A stretch of DNA of 64,000 nucleotides from Opitutales bacterium (GTDB lineage Bacteria; Verrucomicrobiota; Verrucomicrobiia; Opitutales; UBA2987), in NCBI GenBank assembly GCA_965226885.1, contig CBDDEL010000011.1, forward strand, positions 32,001-96,000. Reading direction: 5' to 3'. A program made the translations under genes and the position numbers. Below, one piece after another: positions 57,463 to 64,000 of this stretch; position 1 is the first letter of the stretch; the number at the start of each line of letters is the position of its first letter. The notes under the pieces were generated by a model. It saw only the letters and a list, made by a program, of their open reading frames with translations. It searched no databases and was not told the DNA's origin.

Positions 57463-58022
57463 TATCTATGAGCGAGATGACATCATCTACGATATACGTG
57501 CCATTATGGATGAAGGCTATTGGTGGGGTAAATGGACGTGTCTAGTTTGTGGAGTAAAAGGTGAAAGTAGCAAACAATGCGATGAAGTTCGTGAAGCTAT
57601 CGATGCTGCGAAAATCAATCTTAGTGGACATCATGCACGTGGCCATTTACTTGGAAAATAGATTACTCAGTTGACTCCACGCCACCGGCTTCAGCGCCTA
57701 TGAATCCGGCCATGGCGGCGGCTGCTACCTGGGCTTTTTCACACTAAAATAGATAGTCCATTACCCATTGCGGCCGACCTGGACAAGATCAGGCAAAACA
57801 TCATCGCCTTTGCCCTGTTAACCCGACAGGCTGGCAAGGAATGAGGTTTATTTTCAGTCGGGAGAGCGGAGGCTCGCTTTTTTACAATGGATGAACCAGA
57901 AACATCGAGATTGACTGCCGAAACGGACAAGAATAGTTTGCTTTATCACTAAAAGAATAGTTTGCTTTATCACTAATTGAGGAATTGCAACCTACATCTT
58001 GTTACGGAATGAGAAAGGAAAC

Positions 58023-58967
58023 ATGAATATCCATACCCCCCTGGCTCTAGCCCCCATTCAACTTTTATCTCTGGGCGTTGCCTTTGCCTTCGTAGTGCTT
58101 GGGTTCATCATTTTCTCCTTCATCAGCGTATGGTTGAAGGCCCAGTCCTCGGGCGCTCCGGTTTCGCTGTGGAACCTCGTCGTAATGCGCTGGTTCCGCA
58201 GACTCCCCTACAACCTGATTGTGGATGCCCGCATCGCAGCCGTCAAAGCGGGCATCGCTGTGGAGATTGACGAACTGGAAACCCATTACATGGCCGGAGG
58301 GGACATCATGCAGACTACCTTGAGCCTCATCAACGCGAATAAGGCCGGCATCGATATCGATTGGGACCGGGCCTGCACCATCGACCTGGCCACCAAGGGA
58401 ACGGAAAAGTCGATCACCGAAGCGGTGCGCACCTCCATCAACCCCAAGGTCATCGACGTGCCGGGGGCCAGCAGCGGCCGCATCACCATCGACGGTGTGG
58501 CCAAGGACGGCATCCAGGTTAAAGCCCGCTGCCGTGTGACGGTGCGCAGCAACCTCGAGCGCTACGTCGGCAGTGCCCAGGAAGAAACCGTCATCGCGCG
58601 TGTGGGCGAGGGCATCGTGACCACCATCGGCTCGGCCGAAACCTACAAATGGGTGCTGGAAAATCCCGACTCCATTTCCAAAAACGTTCTTGCCCGCGGT
58701 CTCGACACCGGCACGGCCTTCGAAATTCTCTCCATCGATATTGCCGACATTGATGTGGGTCAAAACATTGGCGCCGCGTTGCAGGAAGCACAGGCAGAGG
58801 CCAACAAAAACATGGCTCAGGCACAGGCCGAAATCCGCCGCGCCGCCGCCGTCGCCCTGGAACAGGAAAACGTAGCCAAGGTGCAGGAAATGCAGGCCAA
58901 ACTGGTGGAGGCCCAAGCCGAGGTGCCCCTGGCCATGGCCGAGGCATTCAGGTCCGGCAACCTCTGA
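58023..58967 (+). CDS. floA: Flotillin-like protein FloA/YqfA, probably C-terminally truncated
   Basis: [60 protein letters not shown]; stops at SGNL-TGA-VM. Confidence 0.85.
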   Translation: MNIHTPLALAPIQLLSLGVAFAFVVLGFIIFSFISVWLKAQSSGAPVSLWNLVVMRWFRRLPYNLIVDARIAAVKAGIAVEIDELETHYMAGGDIMQTTLSLINANKAGIDIDWDRACTIDLATKGTEKSITEAVRTSINPKVIDVPGASSGRITIDGVAKDGIQVKARCRVTVRSNLERYVGSAQEETVIARVGEGIVTTIGSAETYKWVLENPDSISKNVLARGLDTGTAFEILSIDIADIDVGQNIGAALQEAQAEANKNMAQAQAEIRRAAAVALEQENVAKVQEMQAKLVEAQAEVPLAMAEAFRSGNL

Positions 58968-59125
58968 GTAATGGAAGCGGGAGTCACGTATTCAATCTGA
59001 ACAGTCAGTGATCTAGTTGAAATGATTGAGAAGTGAAGGATATTGCCGAGATAGCGAATGCAATCAGTGTGGTACCCTCATCCGGCAATATGGCTTTACA
59101 AGGGTTTTTCAAGGCAAGGCTTTAG

Positions 59126-59927
59126 GGTAGTGTATAAAAAAAGAATGTTATTTTGTATTTTTAGCTGTACAAATAGCGTTAGGCAGTTTATTCTTAGTGC
59201 ATGGTTACTAAAATTATTAATTGTCGGCACTGTGGAAGTGAAAATATCATTAAATTTGGCAAGACGCCCAACCATAAACAGCGCTACCGCTGCCATGATT
59301 GTGGTAAACAAAGCCGCGAAAACCCCACAGTGAAATACACCGAAGAGCAAAAAGAAATGATCCTTCGAGTCTATCAGGAACGCAGCAGTCTACGCGGTTT
59401 ACAGCGCGCCTTCGGGGTGAGTCCCAACACCGTTTTGAGTTGGTTAAAAAAAACGACAATCGCTGCGACCGCTCAAAAGCACGATTCTTGCGGCCCGCCG
59501 CCATGATGTCATTGAACTGGACGAACTGTGGTCTTTTGTGGGGCGCAAGAGCGATGCCCAATGGGTTTGGATCGCTCTTTGCCGACGCACCCGTCAAATC
59601 CTCTCCTATGCCATTGGGCCTCGGGATTGGTATCGTTGCCGGGAACTTTACGAGCGTCTGCCACGGGCCTACAAAAGATGTGCCACCTACAGCGACTTTT
59701 GGAGCACTTATGATGAAGTCTTTCCTCATAACCGATCCGTGGGAAAAGAAACCGGTGAAACGGCCCATGTGGAACGATGGAACAATACCCTGCGCCAACG
59801 ACTGGGTCGTTTCACACGCAAAACCCTCTCCTTTTCCAAGCTTAAGAGTATGCATGAAACCTGTCTGAGACTTTTCATTCATCAATATAATCAAGAATTA
59901 GCCACCATTCCTACTTAATACACTACC
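59126..59927 (+). mobile_element. IS1-family element, copy 4
   Basis: Same IRs; flanks do not form a TSD; 15-bp duplication across the right end. Confidence 0.92.
59201..59918 (+). CDS. IS1 transposase InsA/InsB (programmed frameshift)
   Basis: Same proteins as copy 2. Confidence 0.88.
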
Positions 59928-60292
59928 CAATTATACACTACCCAATTATACTATTGAGATAAGATTTAAAATAGCCGAAAATATTCTCTTTCAAAAATCA
60001 TCAAGTCATATTTAAAATAATCCGAAAACTTAACAACCAACCTGCGAATTTTTTTAATATCCGCAATATTTGTTTGAAATAAATAAGGCACCAAAGAAAC
60101 AGCCATAGAGTTTAAAAAGTCTTTTATGATTTTCCGTCATCAGAGATTCCTTTTTATATCTTTAGAGATCACATGCTTTTTAACAGAGCGAAGCAATGGG
60201 AAATAGTTAGATTAATTGATTTATTATATTGTCTTTATTATTTAGTCATTATTAATATTTAATATAATGGATTAAAAATATATTAATAAATA

Positions 60293-60840
60293 GAGGCTGT
60301 CCCAAAAGGGTGATTCCCAAAAGGGTGATTTTTGCGAGGGCTTTTGATAGGCGCTCATTTTAGAGGTATTTGCATTTGGGAGAGTATCAACTTTGCTCTC
60401 CTATGACGATGACGTTAGGATACTGGTTTTGGGGTCCGGTTGCCTGGTTTTCTTTGTATGAGCCGACAGTAAGGCTGTGAAAAAGTATTGTCCTTGCTTT
60501 TCCGCTCTCTAGGCCGCCGCTTTGGTTTTTAGTTCGTCTTGCTGGGCCAGCATCTTGGCTACTTTCCATAGGTTGTGCGAGAGTACCGACCAGGCTACGC
60601 TGATCGAGCGGTTGGCAAAGCCTTTGCTGCGCAACCGCCCGGCCTGCCAGCGATTCTTCAATACCCCGATCCGCCCTTCGGTGCTGGCCCGGCGCTTTTG
60701 CAATTGTCTGAACAGTGGTTCCTCCATCCGTTTTTTCAACTGCTTCGGATCGCGTGGACAGAGCGCGTCGTAGATTCCCTCCTGGGCTAACTGCCAGCGG
60801 GCCCGCTGGGAGGCAAATCCCCGGTCCGCGCACATGGCCG
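60293..60840 (-). mobile_element. IS5/ISNCY-like element, partial (truncated by IS3 element A)
   Basis: IR at 60293 preceded by TAAATA; only the last ~110 transposase codons remain. Confidence 0.9.
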
Positions 60841-62124
60841 TGATCGGACCCCATCTTTGCTACCACTTTAAGTGAGAGTATTTCCGTAGGTTTGGTATTG
60901 TAGGTTTTGCAGCGGGTGGCGCAATGAGGCCGTAGGCCGAATGGAGCCAGCCGCTGCTTTGTTGATTGTTCGCCAGAGTCTGGCAAATGTATTTGGGGAG
61001 AGAAAGCCTAATCGGCTGTGGGGGTGTTTCGCGTTGTATTTGTGTCGCCATTGTTCGACCACCACACGCGCTTCGGTCACGCTCAGGAACAGTTCCTGGT
61101 TAAGGCATTCATCGCGCAAACGATTATGAAAGGATTCTATATGTCCATTCTGCCAAGGGCTTCCTGGATCAATGTATGCGATGGCAATTTCCTGTCGCTG
61201 CAGTTCTTCTTTGACTTGGTGGGCTATAAACTCCGATCCGTTGTCCGAGCGGATGCACTGAGGTTTGCCGTTCTCTCTTATGGCATCGTTCAATACCTCT
61301 ACCACATCGGCACTTTTCAGTGAGCGCGCAACCTTAATGGCCAGGCATTGACGGGTATGTTCATCGATCAGTGTCAAGAGCCTGAGCGGACCGCCCCGGT
61401 CGGTGCGATCCGCCACGAAGTCCCAACTCCACACATGGTTGGGCTGCACTGCTCGGGTCGGGGTAGCCGTGGATTGGCCCTGCCGGCGACGGCGCTTGCC
61501 AGACGGGCGCACACCCAGTCCTTCGAAACGACGCACTTTTGGACGAATTTGCGACTCACGGGCCAACCTTCATGGGCCAACAAAGCGCGGATCCGACGAT
61601 AGCCATAGCGCGGATGCTTCTTCGAAAAGGCAATGATGCGTGCCACCAGTTTATGCCTATACTCAGTAGCTTTCTTGGGTTCATACAGGTAGGTTGAGCG
61701 GTGCAACCCAAAATACTGACAGGCCCGACGCAGCGAGCACGACCCTTGGGCCAATACATGCTTCACCGCTTCCTTTTTCTGCTTCGGGCCTACCATTTTT
61801 TTGCGTTCACCTCCTTGAGCACACGGTTCTCCAGCATCTGCTCGGCTACTATCTTCTTAAGCTGCGTGTTTTCGCGCTCCAGCTCCTTCAGCCGCTTGGC
61901 GCCACGCAGCTCCATGCGGCCATACTTTTTACGCCAACGATGGTAGCTTTGAGGACTGATATTGTGGGACCGACAGACATCCTGAATGCCTTTGCCTGCG
62001 TCTACTTCGCGCAGTATCGTTATGATTTGTTCAGGGGTGTATCTTTTTTGCTTCATAGGTCTTTCCGGTAATTTCTCCAGAAAGACTCTCACTGGCAATG
62101 GTAGTGTTTTCGGCGGTCACATCA
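60841..62124 (-). mobile_element. IS3-family element A, full length, orfB frameshifted
   Basis: Both ends present; orfA 62056-61790; 1-nt deletion in a T run near 61537; flanks GCCG/CAAA do not match. Confidence 0.92.
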
Positions 62125-62840
62125 CAAATGCGGATCATGATTTTGTAGAGAAAACTTGGAAAGAGGAACATCGAGTATTCAATTTAAGAAATGTAAAAAG
62201 AATTTACTACCTACTATTCTCCGGAGCAGAGGGTGAGTTTATTGATGATGATACTTTGCTTAACATTATGACTGCCTTTCTGGAATCCATTAGGGAAACC
62301 CCCGAATGGGTGAGTGTGGGTAATTCTGAAGGGACGGTGGACCCGGGTTCTTCGACGTTGCTTAATGTTCAGGTTGATACCGCTGGTTTGGCGGAAGGGG
62401 AATATGAAACGACGCTCACTTTAACCACCAATGAGCCGGGCAATGAAATCACGGAAATTCCCGTGTATTTGAGTGTTTTTGATACGCTGCCTCAGGATCT
62501 TGCCACTTTTTCATCAACTCCGATTCATGGTTTTCCGGGATGGAGGGGTTCTCCTTGGTATAAGAACTATAACGCAGATACTTGGCCCTGGATTTTTCAC
62601 GATGAGCATGGCTGGCAGTTTATTTCCGAGGAGAGCGACGGTGATGTCATTTTCGTTTGGGACCAAGGTTTGCAGAATTGGTTGTTTTTCAACGAAAATA
62701 CCTACCGTTGGCTGTTTATGTTTGGAGAGGACGCGGACTGGATATGGTCTTTTGAGGATAATACCCCAGACCGGCGTTTCTTCCAAAGAGGTGTCGACGG
62801 CAGTCTCTTCAGCGTGCCCGCCGGTCTTCCGCTTGAATAA
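62125..62840 (+). pseudogene. C-terminal remnant of a large extracellular protein (Ig-like domain plus Trp-rich tail)
   Basis: WVSV..GTVDPG..VQVDTAGL..GEY..LTTNEP and GWRGSPWY..PWIFHDEHGW; no own start, abuts the IS end. Confidence 0.68.
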
Positions 62841-62870
62841 CAGCTACTTACCTATAACTGTTGAAACCCC

Positions 62871-64000
62871 TCAGCCTTTGAATTCGGCCACGAGGGCGCC
62901 GACGGTGGCTTTGGCGTCGCCGTAGAGCATGCGGGTTTTTTCCAGAAAATAGAGCTTGTTGATGAGGCCTGAAAAGCCCGCCCCCTGGCCTCTTTTGAGG
63001 GCGAAGACGGACCTCGCCAGGTGGGCGTTGATGATGGGCATTCCGTAGATGGGGCTGTTTTCATCCTCAATCGCGGCCGGGTTGACGACGTCGTTGGCCC
63101 CGATCACGATGGCCACATCGACCATTGGCATGGTGGGGTTGATGTCGTCCATTTCCCGGAGTTGTTCGTAGGCCACATCGGCCTCGGCCAGGAGGACGTT
63201 CATGTGCCCCGGCATGCGACCGGCCACCGGGTGGATGGCATAGGCCACCTCGGCTCCATTTTCTTCCAAAATTTCACCCAATTCCTTGACCACGTGTTGA
63301 GCCTGGGCCACGGCCATGCCGTATCCCGGAATGATGACCACGCTACGGGCCGCTTCCAGCACGTAATAGGCGTCCTGGATGCTGAGCGGTTTCATTTCCC
63401 CCTCGGTCTTGCCCGTGCTTTTCTGGGCGCTGGCTCCGAAACCGCTGAAGAGGACGTTGCCCAGGTTGCGGTTCATGGCCTTGCACATGATGATGGTGAG
63501 GATCATGCCGCTGGCGCCGACCAGGCAACCAGCTACGATAAGGACGTTGTTGAGGATGACAAAACCGGCTGCCGCTGCCGCCAAACCGGAAAAGCTGTTT
63601 AAAAGAGAGATGACCACCGGCATGTCTCCACCCCCGATGGGCATGACCCCTAGAAAACCGAGGGCGAGGGAAAGAACCAGGCCGGTAATTAAAATACTAT
63701 ACGAGCAGGAGAGATCAGGCAGTCCGGCAAAGGCCGCCCCCAATACCACGATGGCCAGAAATACCAGGCCGTTGAGAAATTTTTGCCCCGGAAAAAGGAG
63801 GGCCGTTCCACCCAGTTTGCCGGATAGCTTGCCCCAGGCGTAAATACTGCCCGTAAAGGTGATCGCCCCGATGAGCACAGCGATGTAAATCACCGAACCG
63901 GTAAAATAAGGCTCGCCCGCGTAATCGGCCCAGGTGAGGTTATAGATTTTATCGTATTCGGCCCAACCGACGAGGAGGCTGGCCAGTCCGCCGAAGCCGT
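62871..64000 (-). CDS. pntB: NAD(P) transhydrogenase subunit beta (5' end beyond the window)
   Basis: IGGGDMPVVISLLNS, CKAMNR, PGYGMAVAQAQ, HPVAGRMPGHMNVLLAEA, GANDVVNPAA. Confidence 0.96.
   Translation of the reverse strand, partial: GFGGLASLLVGWAEYDKIYNLTWADYAGEPYFTGSVIYIAVLIGAITFTGSIYAWGKLSGKLGGTALLFPGQKFLNGLVFLAIVVLGAAFAGLPDLSCSYSILITGLVLSLALGFLGVMPIGGGDMPVVISLLNSFSGLAAAAAGFVILNNVLIVAGCLVGASGMILTIIMCKAMNRNLGNVLFSGFGASAQKSTGKTEGEMKPLSIQDAYYVLEAARSVVIIPGYGMAVAQAQHVVKELGEILEENGAEVAYAIHPVAGRMPGHMNVLLAEADVAYEQLREMDDINPTMPMVDVAIVIGANDVVNPAAIEDENSPIYGMPIINAHLARSVFALKRGQGAGFSGLINKLYFLEKTRMLYGDAKATVGALVAEFKG

Larger units (their letters stand above)
55584..57661 (+). pseudogene. Small 71-aa CxxC/His protein split by the IS5-like element
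   Basis: AGGAG RBS, ATG 55584; in-frame join across TSD TATCTA; WTCLVCG..GHHARGH. Confidence 0.6.

Noticed and set aside
57662..57845. Possible gene remnant ending ..IIAFALLTRQAGKE-stop
   Set aside because: Short and interrupted; no family recognisable

Overview
Chromosomal window from a bacterium that looks like a member of the PVC superphylum, probably Verrucomicrobiota/Opitutales (inference from protein styles and gene neighbourhoods). It is in the middle of a massive insertion-sequence expansion. I count 19 IS copies or fragments of 7 distinct elements: IS1380 x3, IS1 x4, an IS407-like IS3 element x3, a second IS3 element x1, IS630 x1, an IS5/ISNCY-like element x5 and IS21 x2. By my end coordinates they cover about 25 of the 64 kb and are often nested. 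Intact genes include flgB, flgC, fliE, a redox cluster (DUF899 protein, katG, a peroxiredoxin fused to a cyclic-nucleotide-binding domain, a secreted redoxin), an AsmA-like protein, gyrB-gyrA, a DEDDh exonuclease, a HisN/IMPase, a GlmU-like protein, tRNA-Gly, a MtnK-like kinase, an NRAMP-like transporter, dGTPase, a CrtI-like oxidoreductase plus FabZ-like dehydratase, and partial pntB. Many other genes are broken: fliF, fliG, a flagellar TPR gene, an aquaporin, a GbsR regulator, a CpsD kinase, a TylF-like methyltransferase, a PNPOx-family gene, floA and two small genes recoverable only by removing an IS. The best candidate for an undescribed system is the AhpC-cNMP fusion in the intact peroxide-defence cluster. 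Other notable signals are an IS1-bounded mini composite transposon, a probable structured RNA with a compensatory base change in the IS1380 3' end, a dispersed 80-bp repeat at two foreign-DNA junctions, and a window-wide pattern of short tandem duplications and deletions.
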